From: Candidatus Bathyarchaeia archaeon
GTDB taxonomy: Archaea; Thermoproteota; Bathyarchaeia; Bathyarchaeales; Bathycorpusculaceae
Direction: 5' to 3'
NCBI GenBank assembly: GCA_038882975.1
Contig: JAVZNE010000003.1
Location: 32,001 to 96,000, forward strand
Length of the DNA stretch: 64,000 nucleotides
In this document: positions 37,712 to 47,760 of the stretch, one piece after another
Layout: every line of letters starts with the position of its first letter
How positions within the stretch are numbered: position 1 is the first letter of the stretch
Made by a program: the position numbers and the translations under genes
The notes under the pieces: model-generated
What the model was told of the DNA's origin: nothing
Seen by the model: the letters and a program-made list of their open reading frames with translations, nothing else
Databases searched by the model: none

Positions 37712-39676
37712 ATGAATAAGAATTTGAGGGATGTTCTGGCTGGTCCTGAAGCCTTCAAAAACCTAGTGGAGAATGCATCTTTGCCCATAGCCATATCAGA
37801 CACTAGGGGGCGCTTTGTCTATATTAATAGGGCGTTGGCTGATGCCTTGGGCTTTCAACCAGAAGAGGTTGTGGGCAAAACCTTCATGGAGTTTCTTCAT
37901 CCAGAAGACAAGTTTAGAGTCATGCGCCTTTTCCTAAGGATAATCGCTCTAAAAAGGCAGCCTCGAGCCCTAGAGTTCCGCGTCGTATGCAAAGGTGGAC
38001 AAGTTCGCCATTTCATCTCTAAACCCACAAGATTCATTGTTGGCGGCAAAACCTTGGGCTTTCAAGCGTTAATGACGGAAATTACAGAGCTTAAGAGGAT
38101 GGAGGCACAGCTAAGGGAGGCAAATAGGCGTTTTAAAATGCTTCTGGAAAACGCCATGGAAGGAATAACAATAGTTGACCCAAACGAGAACATAATTTTC
38201 GCTAACAGAGCCTTCGCCGAAATGCTTGGCTATAATGAGGAAGAAGTCCGCGGCATGAGTCTTCTAAAGTTTGTTGATGAGGATGGCTTTAGAAAGATAA
38301 GTGAGGAAACTGAAGCTAGGAGAAAAGGGCTTGTCAGTCGTTATGAGCTAACCTTGTATCGGAAGGATGGAAAGCCACGTTTTGTCCAGGTTTCAGCTTC
38401 ACCCCTCTGGAACGAGGATGGAAGCTATGCTGGTGCCTTGGCAATCATTATGGACATTACTGAACGTAGAAAAATGGAAGCAGCCTTAAAGGAGTCTGAA
38501 GAAAAATTCAGAAACATTTTCGAGAACGCCAACGACGGCTTTATTTATTTAGACCAGCACGGGAGAATTTTAGACGCAAATAGAAAAACCGTGGAGGTTT
38601 TGGGCTGTAGAAAAGAGGAAATCGTGGGAAAACATTTCACCGAGCTACAAGCGATTCCCCGCGATGAATTGCAAAAGGTTATTGGTGCATTTTCCGCCGC
38701 TCTTATGGAGAAGATCAGTTACGCCAACTTCACAGTTGTTGGAAGTGATGGAAAAGAACGCCTACTAGAAAGCTCCGCATCCATTATAAAAGTTGGGGAT
38801 AAAATATCCGGCGTCCTAATTATTGCCAGAGATGTCACTGAAAGGGAGCAGATGCGAGAAAAGCTTGAAGAGTATTCTAGGCGGCTGGAAACCCTTGTTG
38901 AGGAGAGGACAAAACAACTGCGGGAAGCTCAGGAAAGACTTCTCCGAGCGGAGAGGCTTGCCGCTATTGGGCAGGTGGCAGCAATGGTTGGTCACGACTT
39001 GCGAAATCCTTTGACAAGCATAGCTGGCGCCGCTTACTATTTGAAGAAAAAGTTATGGCAGAATATGGATACAAAAGCCAAGAAGATGCTTAGAATAATC
39101 GAGAGGGATGTAGAGTACTCTAACAATGTTCTGGCTGACTTGCTTGACTATTCAAGGGAAATTAAGCTGAACTTTACGGAGACAACCCCCAAAGCTTTGC
39201 TTATGGAGACTTTATCCACCCTTAAAGTGCCCAAAAAAATTGTGGTTGTTGATGAGGCCACCAGCGACCCTATAATAGTGGATAAGGAGAGAATGAAAAG
39301 GGTTTTTGTCAATATAATCAAGAACGCCATTGCCGCTATGCCGAAAGGTGGAAAACTCATTATATCCAGCAGAAAAAATGGTGATTTTATGGAAATTTCT
39401 TTTGCAGACACAGGTGTGGGCATGTCAAAAGAGGTTTTAGAAAAACTTTGGACACCCTTCTTCACAACAAAGGCTAAGGGTTTGGGATTAGGCTTGCCCA
39501 TATGTAAACGCGTTGTGGAGGCGCACGGTGGCGAAATAACCGTTAAAAGTGCCCCAAACAAGGGCACGACTTTCACGGTGGCTGTTCCAGTTAAACCCAA
39601 AACAGAAAAAGAAAAGGAGGGAAAGGTATGGGTGAAAGTGCCAGAATCCTTGTTGTCGACTACAACGAAAGCGTAA
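37712..39676 (+). CDS. Cytoplasmic sensor histidine kinase with three PAS domains
   Basis: Three PAS/PAC repeats (EITE, DITE, DVTE); H box GHDLRNPL; N box NIIKNA; DTGVG, FFTTK and GLGLGL. Confidence 0.95.
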   Translation: MNKNLRDVLAGPEAFKNLVENASLPIAISDTRGRFVYINRALADALGFQPEEVVGKTFMEFLHPEDKFRVMRLFLRIIALKRQPRALEFRVVCKGGQVRHFISKPTRFIVGGKTLGFQALMTEITELKRMEAQLREANRRFKMLLENAMEGITIVDPNENIIFANRAFAEMLGYNEEEVRGMSLLKFVDEDGFRKISEETEARRKGLVSRYELTLYRKDGKPRFVQVSASPLWNEDGSYAGALAIIMDITERRKMEAALKESEEKFRNIFENANDGFIYLDQHGRILDANRKTVEVLGCRKEEIVGKHFTELQAIPRDELQKVIGAFSAALMEKISYANFTVVGSDGKERLLESSASIIKVGDKISGVLIIARDVTEREQMREKLEEYSRRLETLVEERTKQLREAQERLLRAERLAAIGQVAAMVGHDLRNPLTSIAGAAYYLKKKLWQNMDTKAKKMLRIIERDVEYSNNVLADLLDYSREIKLNFTETTPKALLMETLSTLKVPKKIVVVDEATSDPIIVDKERMKRVFVNIIKNAIAAMPKGGKLIISSRKNGDFMEISFADTGVGMSKEVLEKLWTPFFTTKAKGLGLGLPICKRVVEAHGGEITVKSAPNKGTTFTVAVPVKPKTEKEKEGKVWVKVPESLLSTTTKA

Positions 39677-40071
39677 GGAAGATTTTGCAGATTGTTCTTG
39701 AGCATGCGGGATACTTGATTGACACGGCAAAAACTGGAGAGGAAGCCCTAAAAACAGCCAAAGTAAGGCATCCTAATCTAGCCCTAGTGGATTGTTCTCT
39801 AATAGACATTGAACTAAAAACTTTTCTAAAAAAGATCAGTAAGATAGCGCCCTCAACCCAAATTCTAATCGTTGCGGATAAGTCCTCACTTCATGAAGTT
39901 AAGGAGATGGTTAGCAAAGCTGGCAAGAAGCCGTACCCCTATCTTTTGAAGCCTTTTCAAATGGAAAAAGCTCTAGCCTTGATTAGGGAGCAGCTTAGAA
40001 AGCAGCGATGGAGAAAAAGAGTTGAAAGCATAACCATAGAGTTTGTTAAGCCCCTTGAAAAGCGCGTTTAA
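39628..40071 (+). CDS. Stand-alone response regulator receiver, atypical
   Basis: ILVVDY, LALVD and KPF motifs; overlaps the kinase 3' end. Confidence 0.85.
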   Translation: MGESARILVVDYNESVRKILQIVLEHAGYLIDTAKTGEEALKTAKVRHPNLALVDCSLIDIELKTFLKKISKIAPSTQILIVADKSSLHEVKEMVSKAGKKPYPYLLKPFQMEKALALIREQLRKQRWRKRVESITIEFVKPLEKRV

Positions 40072-40156
40072 AGTCGCCTATGGAAGGAGTATATTTAAAA
40101 GCCTAAACTTTTACAAAAATATTTAGAAAACTATCGGCGTTAAATTGGGAGAGTTT

Positions 40157-41404
40157 ATGGTTGAGGAAAATGACATAGTTGAGTTTCTCAAAGCCCACGG
40201 CGGACAAGCCTCCCTAAGCGAGATTGCAGAGGGCTTGGGCATACCAAAGTATGGACCAAAATCCGCCTATGCACTTCTGCAGTCCCTTAAGAATAAGGGG
40301 GTTGTGGAGCGTCGAGGCGAGCTATGGGCGCTCACAGTTGAAGAGGCAAAGCCAAAACCGATAGAGAAGCCAGCGGAAGTCCCAGCAAAGCCTCCGGAAG
40401 CCGTGCAGCCGAAACCCGAAGCCGTCGCTCCAGAAATTGAGAGCCTTGTTAGGGCTATGGCTCAAACGCTTGCAGAAGCCATGAAAAGTGTCAGGGCACC
40501 AGCAGACGAGTGGGAGCTTGCCACAAAACCTATGACAACAAGAATTGAGGAGGGCAAAGAGAAGCTAAGCACACTCGTGCTTAAACCAGACGAGGCGATA
40601 GAGGCAAAAAAGCCTCTACTAGGCTTTCTGACAGGCACCTTCCTAGACCAGCTCTTCCTAACACCAGACGGAAAAAGCCTTGGAGGAATCCCAATTTGCG
40701 GGCAGTTTGCCATTACCGGTTTGCCCGGGGCTGGAAAATCCATACTTGTTGAAGAGATAGCTGTGAAGGTGGCTGCCTCGGGCAGAAAGGTTCTTTACGC
40801 AACGGCTGAGGACACGTGGAAGAGCGCCACTCCACGTTTTGATTTGCAGTCTAGGCTTAAGCAGAAAGCTGACATTTTAGGCTTGGATTGGAGTAAGATA
40901 CGTGAAAATCTCTTTGTTTTGGATACTGTGGCTTATCCTGAGCTCCGTGACTGGAATACTTTCGCGGAGACATATCGCTATGTAGCCGAAAAAGAGAAGA
41001 TTGAACTAGCCATAATAGACTCTGTCACTGTGCTGGAGGCCTACCGCGGAGCCCTAAAATACCGTGTCATGGAGTTAGCCCGCTACAATCAAGTGCATGG
41101 CATAACAGCCCTCTACGTGAACCAGCGAAGCTCAGAAGTTTGGGACAGCTATGATATGGCTGGCGGAATAGGCTTAGCCCACAACCTAGACGGAACAATA
41201 ATAGTGGATTATGGGCGTGTCTACTGGTATGACCAGCAGGTGGATTTGGGCGTTGACAGAGGAGAATTCGTCCGCATAGCCCGCGTCCTAGACTGTCGCA
41301 TGTGCAACTTTGAACGCCGCAGAATAAGAGTTGACATAACAAAAGACGGCTTTTTAAGGGCGATAGAGCCCATACCAAAAACCCCAGAAGCCGAAACAAA
41401 GTAG
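40157..41404 (+). CDS. wHTH-fused KaiC/RecA-superfamily ATPase
   Basis: N-terminal wHTH (SLSEIAEGLG...LQSLKNKGVVERR), Pro/Glu linker, GGIP, Walker A GLPGAGKS, Walker B IIDSVT, GGIGLAHNLDG. Confidence 0.85.
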   Translation: MVEENDIVEFLKAHGGQASLSEIAEGLGIPKYGPKSAYALLQSLKNKGVVERRGELWALTVEEAKPKPIEKPAEVPAKPPEAVQPKPEAVAPEIESLVRAMAQTLAEAMKSVRAPADEWELATKPMTTRIEEGKEKLSTLVLKPDEAIEAKKPLLGFLTGTFLDQLFLTPDGKSLGGIPICGQFAITGLPGAGKSILVEEIAVKVAASGRKVLYATAEDTWKSATPRFDLQSRLKQKADILGLDWSKIRENLFVLDTVAYPELRDWNTFAETYRYVAEKEKIELAIIDSVTVLEAYRGALKYRVMELARYNQVHGITALYVNQRSSEVWDSYDMAGGIGLAHNLDGTIIVDYGRVYWYDQQVDLGVDRGEFVRIARVLDCRMCNFERRRIRVDITKDGFLRAIEPIPKTPEAETK

Positions 41405-41431
41405 CCCTCAGCGTGGCAGTGGTAAAAGTAA

Positions 41432-43228
41432 ATGTCAATAGTTAAGCCGCCAACCATAAAAGAGCTGATAGAGGCCTATGGTTCGCAGAAGGAGGCTGTC
41501 CTCCACCTAATTCAGGCCGGCTTCTCTCCGGAACAAATAGAATGGCAGACTGGCATACCATACTATCTTATACGCTTATACATGGAGGGGAAAGAGCCCA
41601 GAAAAGACATGCCCTTCTCAAAAATGGTTGAGGTTTACGAGCGGCTGGCAGTGCTCCGCGGAAAAAAGGGGAAAGAGACGGAGCTAGCCAAATTCTTCCA
41701 GACATCGGAGCTTTCCCTTGAGGTTAAGGCGCGCCTAGCCTTGGGAACAATAACTGACGAAAGCCTAAAAGTTGGACCCGGATTGGTAGAGCGAAGCCTA
41801 AGCCTGGCCACCGGTGTTTCAAAAAGCGAAGTTAGGAAACTCCTTATTGATTATGGGGAGCATGGTGAGGTAGCTTATCTCCTTAAAAAGCCTTCAGAGC
41901 CAAAACTTTTCGTAAATGAGGTTTATGAGGCGATTAGGCTTCTTCCAAGACTTAAAGGCGTTAAGGAACGCGAACTCTACGTTGCAAGCCTTCTGCGGGC
42001 TGCAACGCCACAGGAGGCAAAATACATTGTTCGGTTTTTATTGGGCGATTTGAAGCTTGGCTACTATGCAAGCACAGTCATGAGGGCTGCGGCGAGAGCC
42101 TACCAAGTTCCGGTGGAGCTAATCCAAAACGCTTGCGCCATAATGGGTATAGCTGAAGGAATAAGCCTAGCCTCTGAAGGGCTGCCAAAACTGGCAGAGG
42201 TGAAAATGCGTCCCGGGCAGTTTATAAGACCTCAGCTAGCCCATCTATACGAGCCGGACAAAGTCGTTTACCCAGTTAGAGCTGAATATAAAATTGATGG
42301 AAGCCGCCTCCAAATCCACAGGTGGGGAACCCAAACATGGATTTTCTCACGACGTGGAGTTGAAAAGTCGCAGACGCTGCCGGAAATTGTGGAAATAGCC
42401 AAGAAATTTAATGCCCAAAGCTGCATTGTGGACGGCGAAGTCTTAGCCATAGACCAGAATGGTAAACCCTTGCCCTTCCAAGTCATGCTAGAAAGAACTG
42501 TGCCAAGGGAACTGACACCGGAAGAGCTTGCAGAAAGGATGGAAAAAGTTCAAGTCACGTATAGAGCCTTCGACATCCTCTTTCTTAATGGACGAGAACT
42601 CACCGGCTTGCCACTTTATGAGAGACGCAAATACCTAATGGAAGTTGTCCCACCAGAATATCTCGCAGAGGGCGTTGAGTGCCAAAATGAGGTTGAGCTT
42701 ATGCGCTTCTACGATGAAGCCCTAAAGAAAGGCTTCGAGGGTATAGTTGTGAAAGACCTAAATGCGCCATACGAGATTGGACAGCGCACCTACACGTGGC
42801 TTAAGCTGAAACCAGAACGCGACACAATAGACTGCACAATAATAAAAGCCCTATACGGAAAGGGAAGACGCGCAGGCTTATACTCATCCTTCCTCTTAGC
42901 GGTTCGAGATCCAAAAGAAAAGAGACTTTACACGATTGGGAAAGTTTCAAACTTGCCGGAGCAAACCATGGACGCGCTCAGGACGGTCGTTGAAAGGACA
43001 AAAACGGGCGAGGATGAGGAAGGCGTTTACGTGAAACCAACAGTTGTTGCGGAGGTAACGTATCAAGAGATTCAGGAGACAGACGAATACACAAGTGGAT
43101 ACGCTCTAAGGGTGCCAAAAATCGTCCGCTTCAGAACCGACAAAACCGTAGAGGAAATAGACACCTTTGATAAGCTTAAGAAGCTTTATGAGCTGCAGTA
43201 TGAACGCTACCCAATGCAGTCCATCTAA
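41432..43228 (+). CDS. lig: ATP-dependent DNA ligase with N-terminal helical extension
   Basis: EYKIDGSRLQIH, FSRR, VDGEV, AFDIL, EGIVVK, WLKLK and ALRVPKIVRFRTDK motifs. Confidence 0.93.
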   Translation: MSIVKPPTIKELIEAYGSQKEAVLHLIQAGFSPEQIEWQTGIPYYLIRLYMEGKEPRKDMPFSKMVEVYERLAVLRGKKGKETELAKFFQTSELSLEVKARLALGTITDESLKVGPGLVERSLSLATGVSKSEVRKLLIDYGEHGEVAYLLKKPSEPKLFVNEVYEAIRLLPRLKGVKERELYVASLLRAATPQEAKYIVRFLLGDLKLGYYASTVMRAAARAYQVPVELIQNACAIMGIAEGISLASEGLPKLAEVKMRPGQFIRPQLAHLYEPDKVVYPVRAEYKIDGSRLQIHRWGTQTWIFSRRGVEKSQTLPEIVEIAKKFNAQSCIVDGEVLAIDQNGKPLPFQVMLERTVPRELTPEELAERMEKVQVTYRAFDILFLNGRELTGLPLYERRKYLMEVVPPEYLAEGVECQNEVELMRFYDEALKKGFEGIVVKDLNAPYEIGQRTYTWLKLKPERDTIDCTIIKALYGKGRRAGLYSSFLLAVRDPKEKRLYTIGKVSNLPEQTMDALRTVVERTKTGEDEEGVYVKPTVVAEVTYQEIQETDEYTSGYALRVPKIVRFRTDKTVEEIDTFDKLKKLYELQYERYPMQSI

Positions 43229-43258
43229 CACAAAAGTGCTGACTGCAGATTTTGGCTT

Positions 43259-43774
43259 TTAGAAAAGCTGCCTTATTGGAGAGTATTGTTGGATAAAATC
43301 AATGTTTGCCTTACTCCGCTTTTGGTCGCTGCGGGTTCCAATGGCGATTTCTATAAACTCTTTTAAGGTTTGGTTTGTAAACTCCCATGTTGGTCTTCCG
43401 TAGATTATTCCAGTGCATGTGGAGTCAGCATATACATATAGCGCTTTCCCACCATAGAGATATAGGGCTTCTTTTGCGTATCCGAATTTTGGGGCGGCCA
43501 AAATTTTGAAGGGCCAAAGCTTACATGCTGCTGGCTTCATATGTTGCAGTCCACACAGGTACATGTCCGCCATCTTGTAGAGAAATATGCACGAGCCATC
43601 CGTTTTTCTCCTTAGATAAAGTTTATTTAAGCCCGAAACTGTTGTTTCAACACCGTAGTTTTTTACTATCTTTAACCATTCTTGGAAGTTTAAGACTACG
43701 CTGTAGACTTTGCAGCACAAGCCGCAAGTGTTGCATTTCCAGTCTGCGATGTACTGCCATGGAATAAACAGCAT
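43259..43774 (-). CDS. YkgJ-family cysteine-cluster protein
   Basis: CNTCGLCC, CIFL and C...KPAACKLWPF motifs. Confidence 0.85.
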   Translation of the reverse strand: MLFIPWQYIADWKCNTCGLCCKVYSVVLNFQEWLKIVKNYGVETTVSGLNKLYLRRKTDGSCIFLYKMADMYLCGLQHMKPAACKLWPFKILAAPKFGYAKEALYLYGGKALYVYADSTCTGIIYGRPTWEFTNQTLKEFIEIAIGTRSDQKRSKANIDFIQQYSPIRQLF

Positions 43775-43990
43775 GCTCAGGGCACCAACGACTTCTATCA
43801 ATTTTGGATGAAATGAACGACCATTAAAGGTTTATGCAGCATTCTAAAACATGAAACAAGTATGCAGCACTTACATGCTTCTAAGATGATAGTCAACAAA
43901 ATTTTCACTAAACATCTAGAAAGGCTATTTGCATTGGTTGTTTTTGGCTTTAAAAAATTTTTTACCTATCTAACCGCTTAATGTTGGCTG

Positions 43991-45907
43991 GTGAAACATG
44001 TGGGGCTTTCGCCTTTAAGCAATGCCATCAAGCGGACTTGCAATGTGCTTAAAATCGGGGCTTCCGTGCAAGTTTTAGACTATGAGCAGCGCTTCTCTTG
44101 CTTAAAAAACTTTTATGAAAGTCTCCTTTCAAGCCTTGTTAAAATGGGCTTCGACACGAGGGAAGCTTATCAAACTGCAATGGAGTTTTTTGGGTCTTCT
44201 TCTGTGCGTTTTGCTGGCATAGACGGAACCATGTATTCGCGTCCACTTTTCGATCTTGTAGTTTTCTTCGGAGGCGCCTACGCCTCAACAGGAACAATAA
44301 CCTTCCACGAGGATAAGCCGCCCACAGTCAAGTATGATGAGCGAACCGCTAAACATGGCGCGGGCATTTCCAGTGTAGTGCCCATTTACGTTAACGAGAT
44401 TCCAGATGTGGATCAAACCTTTTTTGAGGTTTCGGAGCCCGGTGAGGTTAGTCTTGGAAAACCGCTTACCGAAGAATCAATAATAAACAATGCTACGGTC
44501 GCCAACTGGATTATGACCTTCGCCGAGTATTATTTGGCTTACAAGCTTGCTGCAGAATTCGAACAAAATGTTCGAATAATAATTTTGGACAGAAGCTTAT
44601 CCATTGAAAGGGCAAGCCTCCTCTACGACACTTCGAAGCGTGCCTTGTGGGAGGCAAAAAGCAACATTTTAGGCTACAAGGTAGATGGGGAACCTATAGA
44701 CGTCAACGAATTAACTATAGCGCGGCATTTCGTCTGCAACCAGTGTTTAGGCTTGCCTCCTCCAAGGGCGGACTATCTGCGCCATGCCATAATAGACCTG
44801 CTCAGAAGGAGAGGCGCCTTGCCTAAAAGGCAGATTCTGGAGGAATTTGACATAAAAGATGAAAAACGGGCGAAAAGGGTTGAACGCGCCTTAAAAAGCC
44901 TTGTGGAAAAGGGCTTTTTAACTGAGAGAGGCGAAAATTACGTCTTAAACCAGAAATATGCTTTGACATGGGAGCGCGTTAAAAAACTGGTTGTGAGCAT
45001 AGGTGACAAGCTCTTTTTCGCGGAAAACCCGGAAACAGCAAACCTGATGAAAATAGTTAAAGATGGAAAGGAGCATTGGCTCACAACCCTAGACATCGCC
45101 TTTTTAACTCTTTTCACGTTGCACATGCTGATGGAGGAATGCTGGAAGCGACACATACTCCTAATAGGCGTCACAAAAGACACGGCAGCAAGAGACTTCA
45201 AACGTCAACTTATCCCAATAATGGGCAACAACGACCTACTAAACACCAACATTACAAGAGAAGAATTGGAAAAGCTGCCAAACACAGACCGCATGATCCT
45301 CCAATCAGCCAGCATTCTAAACGCGGGCAAGATAACGCCTCCATGGAGCCTGATAGAGTATGACTCAGCCTTCAGAACAATGGTGCCAGATAAACAAAAC
45401 CGAAAGGGCTACGTTTCAGGTGCAATAAAAAATAAGATAGGATTGGAAAAAGTCTTCTTAAAGACCTATGTGCAGCTAGGCCAGGCAAAAACGGACCCGA
45501 TGCTTAGAAGTAATGTGCTCCTCGTAGATCGCCTCGTCTACCCAGAATACGATTATAAGCCTGAAACAGTTGTGGAGTTTTGGAACGAGTTAAGCGACGG
45601 AACAAGGGAGCCTGTGGAAGTAATCCTGTACATAGACAAAAACGTGCCAAATAAGCTACAAAACCTAACCATGAACGTCTTGGTGGCCATGGCACCGTCA
45701 AACATTCCAGAAGCCTTCGGGCACAATACACCACTATTCATTGCGGACAAAATTGCCAAGTGGAACTACAGCCAATTCAAACGCGTTGTGGATACAACCG
45801 CTGAGTGGATTCTCAATAACCATAAATTGAGAAAGTTCATATTCTATATGAGCACGTTTAGAGAGAGGCGAACAGCCATTGAAGCCGCAAGAAGAGAACA
45901 AATTTAA
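43991..45907 (+). CDS. nurA: NurA-family nuclease with inserted wHTH
   Basis: AGIDGT, AEYYLA, ILDRSL, IGVTKD, TDR and GHNTPLFIADKIAK motifs; directly upstream of HerA. Confidence 0.8.
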   Translation: MKHVGLSPLSNAIKRTCNVLKIGASVQVLDYEQRFSCLKNFYESLLSSLVKMGFDTREAYQTAMEFFGSSSVRFAGIDGTMYSRPLFDLVVFFGGAYASTGTITFHEDKPPTVKYDERTAKHGAGISSVVPIYVNEIPDVDQTFFEVSEPGEVSLGKPLTEESIINNATVANWIMTFAEYYLAYKLAAEFEQNVRIIILDRSLSIERASLLYDTSKRALWEAKSNILGYKVDGEPIDVNELTIARHFVCNQCLGLPPPRADYLRHAIIDLLRRRGALPKRQILEEFDIKDEKRAKRVERALKSLVEKGFLTERGENYVLNQKYALTWERVKKLVVSIGDKLFFAENPETANLMKIVKDGKEHWLTTLDIAFLTLFTLHMLMEECWKRHILLIGVTKDTAARDFKRQLIPIMGNNDLLNTNITREELEKLPNTDRMILQSASILNAGKITPPWSLIEYDSAFRTMVPDKQNRKGYVSGAIKNKIGLEKVFLKTYVQLGQAKTDPMLRSNVLLVDRLVYPEYDYKPETVVEFWNELSDGTREPVEVILYIDKNVPNKLQNLTMNVLVAMAPSNIPEAFGHNTPLFIADKIAKWNYSQFKRVVDTTAEWILNNHKLRKFIFYMSTFRERRTAIEAARREQI

Positions 45908-45911
45908 CCGC

Positions 45912-47756
45912 ATGTGCTTCACAGACTTCGACGGCAAATTCAGAGCTAGACTAGCCGCCGTTATGCCCCGCTTCTTCGGAGGAGCGGAAGAATCCAAACT
46001 TGCTGGGACAAGTGCTCGCTACAGCTGCCGAATAAAAGTGGAATACCAAAAGGACTTAATGGGACTATTGGAGGAGGGCATGCTTCTAGCCGTAAAAAAC
46101 TTTAAACAATCGCTTCTGGATGAGGAACGTTACACGCTTATGGAAATAAGCCGTGTCTGGCCTGAACATTTTGGCCTTAGAGGCTTGTCGGATCATGGCT
46201 ATTATCCCATGCAGTTCGAAATCATCGAGCAGTCTGAGGCGGATTGGCAGACGGACGACCGTTCCACTATGATGATTCAGATAGACGCCATACCAATAAA
46301 CTATGATTTGATTATAGGCGGAAACTGCGACTACAAGTTTGTTAAGGGCTTCTCCTACCCCGTAGTGGGCAGCCCAGTCTACGTCCTAAACAGCGAAATG
46401 ATAAACCGCATGTACAACCAAAAAATAACCGAAAAGCTCGGCATAGAACCATCTACGGTGGAAGACGCCAGACTTGACCCAAGACTCGGCATTGTAAAAA
46501 TGTTCCAAACAAGCAACACAGTCATCCCAATATACGTTGATTTTGAGAAGCTTGTCCGCTACCACTTTGGTGTTTTCGCTTTCACTGGCGGCGGAAAAAG
46601 CAATTTAATGTCAAACATTTTGAGGCGTATTCTTCTCCACACGGAAGACGTGAAGGTTGTGGTTTTTGATATAAGCTGCGAATACATTTTCTTACTTCTT
46701 GACCTTCTCGCAGATGAAAATATACCATCAAAGGTTATTCTGGAACATAGAATAGACTCCATTGAACAGTTCTTCAACTCGGTGGTTAAACCAAGGGAGT
46801 ATGAGGCTGACGAAAGAATAAAGTTTGGACTTAAACGCATAATGGAACAGGACAAAGTGGCATTTTACACCAGACCTAAACAGAAAATTCCAACATACGC
46901 CCAATTTCTTGAGGAGCTAAGCGACCAACGGAAAAGTAACACCGACAAACCCCATTACTTAAACGCCATAGACAGAATTCACGACGCCATACTTGACTAC
47001 ATGGAAGTGCATGGGCTTAGCGAAAACCAAGAGGTAAGCGAAGACTTCGTCAAATACATAGACGGCGTCTGCACAACCACAATGGAAGAGTTCAGAGTTC
47101 ACGACAAAAGCGCGTTATATGCTTGGGCGACAACAAGAACCACCATCCTCGACCAGATAAGGAAACGCCAAGAAGAAATGAAGAAAGAGACTGGCGGGCT
47201 AACAGCAGAAAAGATTAGGGAACTCCTAGAAGGTGACATGCGGCTTGTATGCATTTCCATATCAGACCCAACAACAATAAAAGAGCTTGTCATAACGTTA
47301 ACCCACGATTTGCTCATAAGAAGAAAACGCATGTTCCAAGTGAAGCCCTACATCCTCCTAGTCTTCGACGAAGCCCAAGAGTTTATACCAGAACTTTCAG
47401 GCGCGGCGGGCATAGAAAAGAAATGCAGTAAGCAAGTGGAGACACTGCTCAGACAAGGACGCAAATATGGTTTGGGCGTCTGCATTGCAACACAACGCAT
47501 AGCCTACTTAAACACAAATGCCTTACAACAACTCCACACATACTTCGTTGGCACTTTGCCCCGCCCATACGACCGCGCCCTGATAAGCGACACCTTCATG
47601 ATAGACAAGGGCATACTAGAAAAAACATTGGAATTCGCGCCAGGCGAGTGGCTGCTGTCAAGCTACATAGCCACAGGAATAGAAAACGTGCCCATATTCA
47701 TAAAAGCAGACAACGCAGAAAAAGAAATAGAAAAATTCCTGAAAAACGCAGATTAA
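45912..47756 (+). CDS. herA: HerA/FtsK-family ATPase
   Basis: HFGVFAFTGGGKSN, VFDISCEY, VFDEAQEF, RQGRKYG and ATQR motifs. Confidence 0.88.
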   Translation: MCFTDFDGKFRARLAAVMPRFFGGAEESKLAGTSARYSCRIKVEYQKDLMGLLEEGMLLAVKNFKQSLLDEERYTLMEISRVWPEHFGLRGLSDHGYYPMQFEIIEQSEADWQTDDRSTMMIQIDAIPINYDLIIGGNCDYKFVKGFSYPVVGSPVYVLNSEMINRMYNQKITEKLGIEPSTVEDARLDPRLGIVKMFQTSNTVIPIYVDFEKLVRYHFGVFAFTGGGKSNLMSNILRRILLHTEDVKVVVFDISCEYIFLLLDLLADENIPSKVILEHRIDSIEQFFNSVVKPREYEADERIKFGLKRIMEQDKVAFYTRPKQKIPTYAQFLEELSDQRKSNTDKPHYLNAIDRIHDAILDYMEVHGLSENQEVSEDFVKYIDGVCTTTMEEFRVHDKSALYAWATTRTTILDQIRKRQEEMKKETGGLTAEKIRELLEGDMRLVCISISDPTTIKELVITLTHDLLIRRKRMFQVKPYILLVFDEAQEFIPELSGAAGIEKKCSKQVETLLRQGRKYGLGVCIATQRIAYLNTNALQQLHTYFVGTLPRPYDRALISDTFMIDKGILEKTLEFAPGEWLLSSYIATGIENVPIFIKADNAEKEIEKFLKNAD

Positions 47757-47760
47757 TAGC

